Below, in pieces: positions 30,019-38,954 of a stretch of 64,000 nt of DNA. Each line of letters begins with the position of its first letter. Within the stretch, counting starts at the first letter, position 1. The notes under the pieces were generated by a model, which made no database searches, was not told the origin of the DNA, and saw only the letters and a program-made list of their open reading frames with translations. The DNA comes from a virus. Made by a program: the position numbers and the translations under genes. Location of the stretch: IMG/VR virus record IMGVR_UViG_3300010244_000001. One strand, 5' to 3'.

Positions 30019-31815
30019 TTAATACCCTCTACTAAATATGTCTGTAGACTTTGGAATGGAATTAGACACAGTTGTATAACCAAAGGCATTTTCTTCTTCC
30101 TGAGAAATAAATGGTTCTAATACATGCTCTAACCCTATCATCGAATAAACACTTGACTGGCTATAGTGGTCGTCACCACGATTAGTGATAATCTGGTAAA
30201 CTTCTCCCGTTTTATCGTCTTCCTCATCACGTATAACTACGTTTTTCCAGTGATTAATATATAGTTCCAAGTCTTGGTCTATATCTCTGTAAAACCCTAA
30301 TCTACCCATTTTCATATCTGAAATGTGACGTTTGTTTTGCGTGAGTTTATCAATTGTAACCATGGAACGGTTTTCAGACCACTGAGGCATAACTTGTCCT
30401 GTTGAACGTGGTGCAGAGTTTACTTTTACACCATACACTTTCCCAGCTCCGAAGTATTGAATGAGTTTGTCTACGTAGTTTCCACTATCACCAATATCTG
30501 CACAAATAATGTCTGGGTTGTAAGGAACAATCTCATTAATAACTTGTTCCAAGTCAGCTTCAATGTTTGCTACCCCTTTAGCTCTTTCTACTGAAAATAC
30601 CCGTATAATATCCATTAAACCATTGTCTCTAAAACCACGTACTGTTACCCAATGTCTGTTTCCCCAGTCTATCCCACAAGATATAAAACGATATCCTCCT
30701 CTGTTCATCATTGGTTGAGGTAAATCGTCTCCTCTTCTGTGGTCAAGAACGTCTCCGTCTTGTACAGCCAATGCTAAGTCCTGATAGGGGTGCCCTAGCA
30801 CGTAGTTATAAAAATGCTGTTTTGACTGGGATGTTAGTTCCTTCCTTTTCAACTCATCTGCACTTATCCACACTACATTGAGCTGTGAAATAAGGTACCC
30901 ACGTGTTCCTCCACCGTCTCGTGTTCTCTCTGGGTACTTCGGAACCCAACTTCCTGAATACCACCTGTCTAAAGGTTTCCCACAACTTTGACAAATAAAT
31001 CGGAATGTTCCTTCTCTAACTGTTTTAGCTAGTATGTCTACTCCATCTTCATCAAGACATTCAATATTATTCTCATAATCAAGTTGTTGCCAGTGTCCAC
31101 AAGAATCGCATTTATGCATATACACATGTTGGTCTGACTCTGTAAATGCTCTATGGATGCCATAATCAGGGACGGTTGGCGTAGAAAATTTTCTAACAAT
31201 CCCGTACTGTGAAGAAGACATAGACTCCATAGCTGAAATTTCTGCTGATGAGTTTACCCGGTCATACTCGTCCAATGCTAACCAATCCACATCCACACCC
31301 TCTACAGCAGAGCCTTTAGAGGAAGACCGAAAGAATATAAAACTGTTTCTAATTTTCTTCTTCTGAAGAGAGTCTACATCTTTATCTAGAATTGTTGAAT
31401 AGTACCCTTTTTGCAGAATCGGGTCAATACGTGTCCCGACAAAATCCTTCATTTGGTTGTTGGTTGGGAAGGTATAAAGGCACTTTGGGGCATTATAACT
31501 GTTTATATCAGCAAAGTGAATCATCTCCGCAGCTGAAATTTCTGAGAGCCCTAATTGCCTCGATTTCATTACCACCTTGTTCCGATGATTATCATTGACG
31601 AGTTGGACCTGCCAAGGTCTATGACTATGGGCTTTTGTTGTATCGTGTCCGCTAATGTGAAAAGTAATTGGATGGTTCTTTACCGTGTGATTCTTAAGAA
31701 GATAGGAAGAGGGGTTGAGCATGGTTAGTACGTAAGCCAGTTCTTCATTTGTTAAATCAGTACGTCCGAATGTTTGTTTCGCTATATTTGTTATCAGTTT
31801 TCCGTCCATACCCAT
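30019..31815 (-). CDS. terL: terminase large subunit, 598 aa
   Basis: KSRQLGLSE resembles the T4 gp17 SRQLGKT Walker A; WLALDEYD Walker B-like; size. Confidence 0.75.
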   Translation of the reverse strand: MGMDGKLITNIAKQTFGRTDLTNEELAYVLTMLNPSSYLLKNHTVKNHPITFHISGHDTTKAHSHRPWQVQLVNDNHRNKVVMKSRQLGLSEISAAEMIHFADINSYNAPKCLYTFPTNNQMKDFVGTRIDPILQKGYYSTILDKDVDSLQKKKIRNSFIFFRSSSKGSAVEGVDVDWLALDEYDRVNSSAEISAMESMSSSQYGIVRKFSTPTVPDYGIHRAFTESDQHVYMHKCDSCGHWQQLDYENNIECLDEDGVDILAKTVREGTFRFICQSCGKPLDRWYSGSWVPKYPERTRDGGGTRGYLISQLNVVWISADELKRKELTSQSKQHFYNYVLGHPYQDLALAVQDGDVLDHRRGDDLPQPMMNRGGYRFISCGIDWGNRHWVTVRGFRDNGLMDIIRVFSVERAKGVANIEADLEQVINEIVPYNPDIICADIGDSGNYVDKLIQYFGAGKVYGVKVNSAPRSTGQVMPQWSENRSMVTIDKLTQNKRHISDMKMGRLGFYRDIDQDLELYINHWKNVVIRDEEDDKTGEVYQIITNRGDDHYSQSSVYSMIGLEHVLEPFISQEEENAFGYTTVSNSIPKSTDIFSRGY

Positions 31816-31816
31816 A

Positions 31817-32236
31817 TTATTGTGCCTCCTCGTTCTCCTTATTTTGTGCTATATCCATCTTTCTAATCAACTCAGATACATCATCTTCTGACATATCGCT
31901 AATATCCATTCTTCCCTTTTCGTCTGCTGTTGCTTTACCTTCCTGTAGGGTGTCGTTTAGTGCCCTCTCTTGTCTCATATTAAGTTCTGGTAAAGTACCT
32001 TGACCTTCTTGACCTTCCATAGCACTATCAATACCGTTAATCTCTTTATAAATACCTAGTACACGAGTTAAGTCAGACATATTGTCTACAGGTATCTCTC
32101 CAGAATCAAGTCGTTGTATAAACTGTTTCAAAGACTTAGAAGCAGCTGAGTTTATCAAGTCTCTTAATGCTTCCTCTGAAGAACCGTGGTCTTTCTTATT
32201 ATTAAGTTCTTGCCTTAATTTATTTGTCATCGACAT
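31817..32236 (-). CDS. hypothetical protein, 139 aa (possible small terminase by position only)
   Basis: immediately upstream of terL. Confidence 0.6.
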   Translation of the reverse strand: MSMTNKLRQELNNKKDHGSSEEALRDLINSAASKSLKQFIQRLDSGEIPVDNMSDLTRVLGIYKEINGIDSAMEGQEGQGTLPELNMRQERALNDTLQEGKATADEKGRMDISDMSEDDVSELIRKMDIAQNKENEEAQ

Positions 32237-32510
32237 CTTTCAATTCTCCTTTCTGTTTTAACGTGGTGTAACATGAGTGTATTTCTGAACACGTATCCAC
32301 TGTTAAATCTTTGTTAATATGGAAATGGATGTGTGATTGAATGGTTACATACTTCTGTTCATTCATCACTAAAGAAGAAAGAGGACGACCACATACAACA
32401 CATAACCGTGGTGTATGTACCCGTTTATCCCCTTTGTTAAAAGTATGTCTTCTTTCCGAGTTACTGAATAAACTCTTTCGTTTTTCTTTAACTTCTGATT
32501 TACTTACCAA
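32220..32510 (-). CDS. Cys-containing protein, 96 aa
   Basis: ORF; CVVCG motif. Confidence 0.55.
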   Translation of the reverse strand: MVSKSEVKEKRKSLFSNSERRHTFNKGDKRVHTPRLCVVCGRPLSSLVMNEQKYVTIQSHIHFHINKDLTVDTCSEIHSCYTTLKQKGELKDVDDK

Positions 32511-33034
32511 CTGTCATCGTCCTTTTCATCCCATGCTGTGAAATTATCATTCAAGTATTTATCATAAGCTTTCATTTTTTCTTCTAAAAAAGCATCTTCG
32601 TCAAACGACTCATCTTCAATCACAGACATATACAAATACGGAAGTTCTAAGATAATCTCCCCAAGAATACGGTTAATAACATCGGTTGTAAAAGTTATAC
32701 TATACTTGATGAATTGAGTTACAAGACTTGCATCATACTTATCGTGCAAGTCATTAATAATTTCTTCTTCCGATTTGTCACTTTCTGCCTGTAGAAATGC
32801 ATAATCGTAAGACATATGCGTTGCAGTCAAGGTAATAATTGTCTCTATGTCTGCAAGTAGTTGATTTGCATATTCTGTATCAGGGACTTCCTCTCCCTCT
32901 TCATCTTCGAGTATAGGGGTGATAAAACCTGCTTTACTCAGAATCATTGGAGATACATCACGTACTGCGAAGTCCTGTGTCAAGTCTTTATACAAACTTA
33001 TTTCTTGTTCCGTAAGTCCAAACATTTTGAACAC
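32504..33034 (-). CDS. hypothetical acidic protein, 176 aa
   Basis: ORF in block. Confidence 0.65.
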   Translation of the reverse strand: MFKMFGLTEQEISLYKDLTQDFAVRDVSPMILSKAGFITPILEDEEGEEVPDTEYANQLLADIETIITLTATHMSYDYAFLQAESDKSEEEIINDLHDKYDASLVTQFIKYSITFTTDVINRILGEIILELPYLYMSVIEDESFDEDAFLEEKMKAYDKYLNDNFTAWDEKDDDSW

Positions 33035-33041
33035 CTACTTT

Positions 33042-33332
33042 CTATTTGTGTTTGTATTCTTTATTTTCAATTTCTTCTTCATGTCTTTTCAACGCAACGT
33101 CTGTAAGTTCTTTTAATTCCCTTTCAGCTTTTTTCTTTTTCTTATTTAATATTCTGTCATAGAATACAGAAACAAAGAACGCAACGATTGCTCCGATAAT
33201 ACCGAAACCTAAGTTTGTTATGTCAAGGTCTATGATATTTTTTGATATGAATGTTATCAACCCGTAAACCACAAGTTCAGCAATTATCACTGACAATAGT
33301 TTATATAAAAAATGCATTTTGTACTTCTTCAC
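33042..33332 (-). CDS. membrane protein, 96 aa
   Basis: two hydrophobic segments, Lys-rich tail. Confidence 0.6.
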   Translation of the reverse strand: MKKYKMHFLYKLLSVIIAELVVYGLITFISKNIIDLDITNLGFGIIGAIVAFFVSVFYDRILNKKKKKAERELKELTDVALKRHEEEIENKEYKHK

Positions 33333-33455
33333 CTATACAGACCTCCTAACTTGTCTCTTTCTGTTAATATAAGAGTTTGAAGTTGGAATCATTTGGAAAA
33401 CGGTGTACAAAACCCCTATATTATAGAAAGACATCTAAAGTCGGAGAGTTTACAT

Positions 33456-33731
33456 ATGGGATTTTTTGTTATATCTATGTTAACTAGCACAGTATTTTAT
33501 GTAATTGCACTATATATGTCCTACATTGTATCGTTCGACCTCTATATAGGTATAAAATATAAGTTAATTCGTCCTATTATTATATCTGTAGGGTTTATAT
33601 TATTCTGTTATATCTCTATTATATCAGATATTATCTTGTTCAGCTATTTACTGTACTTACAGATAGCTTTAAAAAACGGTTTCTTTTCAATTATTGTAAT
33701 TACATCTTTGTTTAAACATAAAAAGTCATAA
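33456..33731 (+). CDS. multi-pass membrane protein, 91 aa (holin candidate, speculative)
   Basis: SD GGAGAG then ATG 33456; about 3 TM segments. Confidence 0.5.
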   Translation: MGFFVISMLTSTVFYVIALYMSYIVSFDLYIGIKYKLIRPIIISVGFILFCYISIISDIILFSYLLYLQIALKNGFFSIIVITSLFKHKKS

Positions 33732-33757
33732 GTCAAAGGTAAAAAGGAGGTTTGGGT

Positions 33758-34093
33758 ATGGTTGGGGGAAAATGTCAAGATACAGTTAAAACCGAGTTTA
33801 AAGACCTTATACAAAGTCTTGTTGAAAGCAATCGAACTCGACACCACCTATACATCATTCACAGATTACTTTCATTAGGTCTTCTCATTGATTTTAGTTT
33901 CAGATATAGAAACGTAAGTGAACCAAATAAAATCGGTATCGAACTTGATTTGAAAGAATACGGACAAGTTATGTTCATCGTTGATACTGATACCAGTTAT
34001 GCTGAGTTTGCTTCGTATGGATGCAAAGACCTTCTGAATAATTTTATAGTTGGATATAACACCCAGCTTAAAGAGAAAACACTTTTACACTAG
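33758..34093 (+). CDS. hypothetical protein, 111 aa
   Basis: SD AAAAGGAGG then ATG 33758. Confidence 0.65.
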   Translation: MVGGKCQDTVKTEFKDLIQSLVESNRTRHHLYIIHRLLSLGLLIDFSFRYRNVSEPNKIGIELDLKEYGQVMFIVDTDTSYAEFASYGCKDLLNNFIVGYNTQLKEKTLLH

Positions 34094-34112
34094 AGGAAAG
34101 GTGGGGATAATT

Positions 34113-34505
34113 TTGTCACAAGAAAGGAAGTATAACCAGAATTATAATAGTATGAACGATAATAGAGACTACAACCAAAATAAACCTCAAAGTGATAAAG
34201 AGATTGTCCACAAACTAAAGCATATTGAGTTAGTTCTCCAAGATAGGAAGAACGATACAGACAACCTGAAAGAGGTAGTTGAAGAGTTGAAGACGATAGT
34301 TCAAGACCTAGACAAGCATATGTCTATCCAATCTGAAAAGCAATCCCACCTATATTACAGGGTAGAACAATTGCAGAAACAGTTAGAATCCTTGGAAACC
34401 GAAGGGAAAAGTACAGATAACAGACAACGAGATTTAGTTGAAAAAGCTCTTATGGCTTTGTTAGGTGGAATTATCGCTTATATTTTTAGCAGCCCTAATG
34501 GTTAG
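34113..34505 (+). CDS. XhlA-like coiled-coil protein with C-terminal TM anchor, 130 aa
   Basis: SD AAAGGTGGGG, TTG 34113; coiled-coil centre, ALMALLGGIIAYIFS tail. Confidence 0.5.
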   Translation: MSQERKYNQNYNSMNDNRDYNQNKPQSDKEIVHKLKHIELVLQDRKNDTDNLKEVVEELKTIVQDLDKHMSIQSEKQSHLYYRVEQLQKQLESLETEGKSTDNRQRDLVEKALMALLGGIIAYIFSSPNG

Positions 34506-34542
34506 GAAATATGCTATAATAAAATAAGAAAGGGTGAACTAA

Positions 34543-34773
34543 ATGCAACCAAAAACAGTAAGAATAACAATGTTGGATGGAAGTCAATGGTACGTCCCTG
34601 AAGACACTTTTGTTCATGCAGGGGTTTCTGAGCGTGCTGACTCCATCATTTCAAACTATATTCGTGGTACGAGAGGTCCTTTACTAAAAGTAAATAAGAA
34701 TGCAGACATGAGTGGGGAATATGAAAAAGTAAATGCTCACTTCATTCTTAGTATGCATGTAGAGTACGAATAA
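34543..34773 (+). CDS. hypothetical protein, 76 aa
   Basis: SD AAGGGTGA, ATG 34543. Confidence 0.65.
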   Translation: MQPKTVRITMLDGSQWYVPEDTFVHAGVSERADSIISNYIRGTRGPLLKVNKNADMSGEYEKVNAHFILSMHVEYE

Positions 34774-34777
34774 AAAA

Positions 34778-34803
34778 AGAGGGACATTTTGAAGTGTCCC
34801 TCT
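34778..34803. terminator. bidirectional terminator
   Basis: AGAGGGACA/TGTCCCTCT flanked by A7 and TTTTAT; convergent genes. Confidence 0.8.
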
Positions 34804-34816
34804 TTTATGTCTTACT

Positions 34817-35107
34817 TTAATCCTCGTTAGGTGAACGACCACCAAGCCTTCGTTGGTTATCCATACGTTCTTCTACGTCTTCTGCTTCTTCTTCAGTTAA
34901 ATCCTCAAATAAATCTCTGTACCCTTTATCGAATACATCTTCCAACTCCATAAGTTTTGCAGGTCTTGGAAACTTCAATCCATTTTCCCAGTAAGATACG
35001 GTTGAGTAATTAACACCCATTCTATCCGCTAAACTGTAAATTGTTAAACCTGCATCCAAACGATACTTCTTCAATCTTTTTGGTACTTCCATTTTCTTTC
35101 CTGCCAT
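34817..35107 (-). CDS. XRE-family helix-turn-helix regulator, 96 aa
   Basis: LKKYRLDAGLTIYSLADRMGVNYSTVSYWENG. Confidence 0.8.
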   Translation of the reverse strand: MAGKKMEVPKRLKKYRLDAGLTIYSLADRMGVNYSTVSYWENGLKFPRPAKLMELEDVFDKGYRDLFEDLTEEEAEDVEERMDNQRRLGGRSPNED

Positions 35108-35147
35108 TTATATCATCTCCATTTGTTTTATTTTGATTATTAACCTC

Positions 35148-35176
35148 ATGTTAACATTTTGTTGCTCTTTTGTCAA
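35148..35176 (-). promoter_or_regulatory. sigma-A-type promoter for the XRE gene
   Basis: minus sense TTGACA-N17-TGtTAACAT. Confidence 0.6.
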
Positions 35177-35243
35177 CCTCTTCTTAGTTTTTGTTACCTG
35201 AGAAGATGTTATCAGCAGTTATTCAATACTGAATGTATTTCTT

Positions 35244-35272
35244 ATAGTAGCAAGATATTGGACATTTGTCAA
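35244..35272 (-). promoter_or_regulatory. second upstream promoter (minus)
   Basis: minus sense TTGACA-N17-TACTAT. Confidence 0.45.
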
Positions 35273-35348
35273 TAGTAATTTACTTCTGTACTATTTATTA
35301 CAACCTAACTTTTATATGTCACGATTTACAACCACTTTTAAAGGTTCT

Positions 35349-35455
35349 GTGAGAATACTTTAAAAATACCCTAACAAATACCCACGAATAGAATTAAAAA
35401 CGATTCTACCCCTTCATATTTGTCGATTTGAGCTCTTACTGTATCTGAGTATAGG
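35349..35455 (+). repeat. dispersed non-coding element, copy C
   Basis: see 10681..10797. Confidence 0.8.
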
Positions 35456-35521
35456 GTACATTCTCCATATTTGTTCTCAAATCTGTATGGGTTTAATATT
35501 TATATTTAATTACGTATAGTA

Positions 35522-35537
35522 TGTGAATAAATTCACA
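35522..35537. promoter_or_regulatory. palindromic site TGTGA-ATAAAT-TCACA
   Basis: perfect TGTGA-N6-TCACA inside a roughly 130-bp unit repeated at 35915-36060. Confidence 0.5.
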
Positions 35538-35931
35538 ATCCCTTACTAATCTCTTATTACGGGTTCCCTCTGCCTGACTCTTCCTCCAATTTCTTCGGTA
35601 GTATTTTCAACCATTTCTGTATTTAATCTCCGTCATATCAACATTTTTACTAATTTCTGATTCAATCATTACCGTATTCCTATTTTAAGTCCTCTGTATA
35701 TACTCCGGTATTAATACTCTATATATTACTCCGGAGTAGAATACCGGAATATATACAAGGAAGATAAAATCAAAAGGATGTCATAAAAATAACCCTAAAT
35801 TTCTGTAAGTACTGGTATATCAGCAATTAAATACAGACAAACAATCTTTATTGTATGTTATCTCTGCAAAACAAAGAGGGAAAGAGTCAGAAATAGAATG
35901 TATGTTTAGATGTACGTAATTAAGTATAGAT

Positions 35932-35947
35932 TGTGAATAATTTCACA
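35932..35947. promoter_or_regulatory. palindromic site TGTGA-ATAATT-TCACA
   Basis: second perfect TGTGA-N6-TCACA, same position in the repeated unit. Confidence 0.5.
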
Positions 35948-36334
35948 TGTCTCAATTAAATTTTAGTTACGGTTTCCCTTTTTCTGACTGATTTCTGTTC
36001 TTACTCTTCATTCATTTTACTCTGATTCAGAAAACTCAGTATTTAATCTCTGATTCAGGGAAACATTGCTTATAGAAAATATGATGTCTGTATTTACAGT
36101 ACGTCATATCAAGGTTTTAAAGTAATTAGGACATATACGTGTCTCAATTTCTTACTTATCTACTCTGTATATACTTATATAAATAATACTAAGAGAATAT
36201 TAAATAGAGTATAATAAGAATACTAATTATAGATTTGGATATTAGAATGTATATTAGTAGGACGTGTCAAGAAATCGAACAAATGTTCCACTAAGAAAAA
36301 GAGAAAAGAAATTTAAAATTTTTAATAAAACCTC

Positions 36335-36363
36335 TTGACTCTTTCAGAAGACCATGTTATAGT
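36335..36363 (+). promoter_or_regulatory. sigma-A-type promoter of the vWA/TROVE-like gene
   Basis: TTGACT(36335-36340)-N17-TGtTATAGT(36355-36363). Confidence 0.7.
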
Positions 36364-36460
36364 ATGGTTACAGTTTTTAAACACACATTACTCATTACCG
36401 ATTTTATTTTGTAACACTGTAACTCGTAAACCGAAACTAGTAGCTTATGGATAAAAACAA

Positions 36461-36519
36461 GAGACCCTAACAGCAAAGACATCAAACGTATACCTCCTAT
36501 AGTTAATACACAGGGTCTC
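36461..36519 (+). ncRNA. Y-RNA-like helix module 1 (in the 5' UTR of 36535..38079)
   Basis: GAGACCC-TAACAGCAAA-loop-GGGTCTC. Confidence 0.5.
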
Positions 36520-36534
36520 GAAAGGAATGATAAA

Positions 36535-38079
36535 ATGGGATTTTATGATAAATTACAAGAAGAAAATACGAAAACATTTACTCAGAACGGTGCTCCAACT
36601 TTCAGTTCTTCATTAAATAAGAACTTGGATTTCTTTGCATTAGCAGGAGCATCAAGGAACTGGAATGAAATAGATATTAAAGAGAAGTTTCTTAAGGCTT
36701 TTAACGAAGACCCAGAAACTGCTTTACGTAACTTAGTAAGACTTAGAGACATTCGTAATGGAGGACTAGGTGAACGGAGAGCTTTTAGAGCTTCTGTAGA
36801 CTATCTTATCCATTCAAGTGGGAAAGAGCAAATACTTTTAGGGTTAATAGAATACTTGCCTTATATCGGACGATTTGACGACATCATTTACATCTTCTCG
36901 GAAACAGAAGATAAAGAGATGAAACATAAAATTGCAAGGATTCTATCTGGACAGCTACTCAGAGATTTTGAACATAAACGGAAAAACGAGTCATCTTCTC
37001 TTTTGGCTAAATGGATGCCTAGCGTAAATACTTCTAATAGTGAAGTTAAACAGACAGCTAAAGAACTTATTTATTACATGTACGGAGAATGGTCACCTGA
37101 GAACGAGAAGATGTATCGTAAAACACTATCATCATTAAGAGAACACATCAACGTAACAGAAAAACGTCTTACGAATAAAGATTACAACAAGATTAACTAT
37201 TCTCAGGTACCATCACTTGCATCTATTCGATACCGTAATGCTTTCATGCGTAATGATGAAGAACGATACAGAGAGTATTTAAACGGACTAGATACGGGTG
37301 AGACGAAAGTAAATTCTTCTGTAACTTACCCTTATCAGATTGTTGAGGCTTATAGATATAGTGGTATGGGAGAAGACAAACTACTAGAAGAAGCTTGGAA
37401 GTCTTTACCTGACTATATCGGGGATAATGACGAACGAGCTGTTGTAGTGGCAGATACAAGTGGTTCGATGGTGGGAACACCAATGAATGTATCTATTTCC
37501 TTAGCTATTTACTGTGCTCAACGACTAAAAGGAGAGTTTCACGGGAAATACATCTCTTTCTCAACTAACCCAACAATTAACGAAGTATATGATAATGCAT
37601 CTTTGAAGGACAACATTGATATTGTACGGAGGACAGATTGGGGAGCTAACACGGATTTCAATAAAGTTCTCAAACTCATTCTTGATACAGCAGTGAGTAA
37701 CAACATGTCTCAAGATGATATACCTAATAAAATTATCTGCTTATCGGATATGGAATGGGATGTAGCGAACGGAGGTTATGGTTTCGGTACGAGAAGGGCA
37801 GAAGAGCTCAACGAAACAACGTATAATCGTGCTAAGCGCAAGTTTGAAGAGCATGGTTACACGATTCCTCAAATGGTGTTCTGGAATGTAGATGCTAAAG
37901 GCAGTACGATTCCTGTACGTAAAGACGAAGTAGGTACTGCATTAGTAAGTGGTCTAACACCTGCTATATTTGAGACAGTCTTGAGTGGAGAGATTATGAA
38001 CCCAGAAAAGCTTATGTTAGACACTCTGTATCAGGATAAGTTTGACTACGTTAAAGACATCCTAAAACACGAGGTATAA
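36535..38079 (+). CDS. vWA-domain protein with Ro60/TROVE-like or DUF2828-like N-terminal region, 514 aa
   Basis: FTQNGAPTFSSSLNKNLDFFALAG, RDIRNGGLGERRAF, MIDAS-like VVVADTSGSM. Confidence 0.85.
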   Translation: MGFYDKLQEENTKTFTQNGAPTFSSSLNKNLDFFALAGASRNWNEIDIKEKFLKAFNEDPETALRNLVRLRDIRNGGLGERRAFRASVDYLIHSSGKEQILLGLIEYLPYIGRFDDIIYIFSETEDKEMKHKIARILSGQLLRDFEHKRKNESSSLLAKWMPSVNTSNSEVKQTAKELIYYMYGEWSPENEKMYRKTLSSLREHINVTEKRLTNKDYNKINYSQVPSLASIRYRNAFMRNDEERYREYLNGLDTGETKVNSSVTYPYQIVEAYRYSGMGEDKLLEEAWKSLPDYIGDNDERAVVVADTSGSMVGTPMNVSISLAIYCAQRLKGEFHGKYISFSTNPTINEVYDNASLKDNIDIVRRTDWGANTDFNKVLKLILDTAVSNNMSQDDIPNKIICLSDMEWDVANGGYGFGTRRAEELNETTYNRAKRKFEEHGYTIPQMVFWNVDAKGSTIPVRKDEVGTALVSGLTPAIFETVLSGEIMNPEKLMLDTLYQDKFDYVKDILKHEV

Positions 38080-38216
38080 ATTTTTTCAATAAATTTCTCT
38101 AAAAGGGTATACAAACTGTAAAATTGTGGTATAATATAAGTATAGACTAAACATAAGTAGTTCCATCGGTAAGTAAGTTATTGTATGTATCTTACTTACC
38201 TCCTTACAAAGTTATA

Positions 38217-38264
38217 AAGACACTAACAGCAAATAAACTTACAACTTACATTATAAGGTGTCTT
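38217..38264 (+). ncRNA. Y-RNA-like helix module 2
   Basis: AAGACAC-TAACAGCAAA-loop-GTGTCTT; preceded by a 10-bp hairpin 38168-38200. Confidence 0.5.
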
Positions 38265-38318
38265 GATAATAACTATATAGAAAACAGCCAAAAGCGATAA
38301 ATGTTATAATACAATTAT

Positions 38319-38382
38319 AGGCTCTAACAGAAACAATACTTAATACCCACCACGCCATTTGTAGTGAATAACAAAAGAGTCT
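38319..38382 (+). ncRNA. Y-RNA-like helix module 3
   Basis: AGGCTC-TAACAGAAAC-loop-GAGTCT (one G-U pair). Confidence 0.45.
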
Positions 38383-38428
38383 TGTTAGAAAATTGAATTT
38401 CACCTAAAGTAGTAAGCATAGTATAAAT

Positions 38429-38584
38429 AAGACACTAACAGCAAACCATAAAAATAATATTCCACTAGTCTAGGAAAGTTGCTGGTTCGAGCTCAGCTCA
38501 TTGGGGTTACGAGGGGAGCCCCGATGATGGTGTAACTGGATAACACGTAAAACAATGTGTCTTGAAACCCCCCCCCCTTTTTTT
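38429..38584 (+). ncRNA. Y-RNA-like module 4 enclosing a tRNA-like element (YrlA-like), ending in C10T7
   Basis: AAGACAC(38429-38435)...GTGTCTT(38557-38563); T-arm mimic GCTGG-TTCGAGC-TCAGC 38481-38497; 8-bp stem CATTGGGG/CCCCGATG. Confidence 0.55.
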
Positions 38585-38697
38585 ATTACTCTCATTCAGT
38601 GTATAATGTTTTCCTTCCTTTCATTGTATGCTGAATGAGGGTAGTAACCCTCATCCATGCAGGAACATCCCATACGGATGATGAAGTGGTAGTAATC
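38584..38697 (+). ncRNA. additional structured RNA candidate
   Basis: nested stems ATTACT/AGTAAT, CTCATTCAG(38591-38599)/CTGAATGAG(38631-38639), GAGGGT/ACCCTC, CATCC/GGATG; no ORF. Confidence 0.35.
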
Positions 38698-38808
38698 AAA
38701 ATAAATTTAAAAGAGTCATGAACTATTTGTTCTAGAGGTGAGTTTGGTCAACTCACTTCAAATTCCACCTTTGAATCAGTGAGTGGGTGAGAGCACTTAC
38801 TGTACACG

Positions 38809-38846
38809 AATCCTACAGGTTTTACTAACTTGTAGGATTTTTTGTG
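38809..38846 (+). terminator. rho-independent terminator closing the ncRNA cluster
   Basis: AATCCTACA/TGTAGGATT plus T6. Confidence 0.8.
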
Positions 38847-38954
38847 TTTCCTCTATATTATAGAGGTAGATGTTCATACACGCTTTTTTAGAAGTAAACT
38901 ATGTTATAATAAGTATAGACGTATTTAGAACGGTAAAGGGGTAGTTTATAGCTT

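Noticed and set aside
34817-35107. The XRE regulator as evidence of a temperate lifestyle or prophage
   Set aside because: The window has no integrase, excisionase or att-like features. The gene content (host-takeover array, large myovirus morphogenesis module) fits a virulent SPO1-like phage.
38481-38497. A tRNA gene at the TTCGAGC T-arm
   Set aside because: Only the T-arm is canonical. I could not build an acceptor stem, D-arm and anticodon arm with tRNA spacing around it. It is better explained as the tRNA-like domain of a Y-type RNA.
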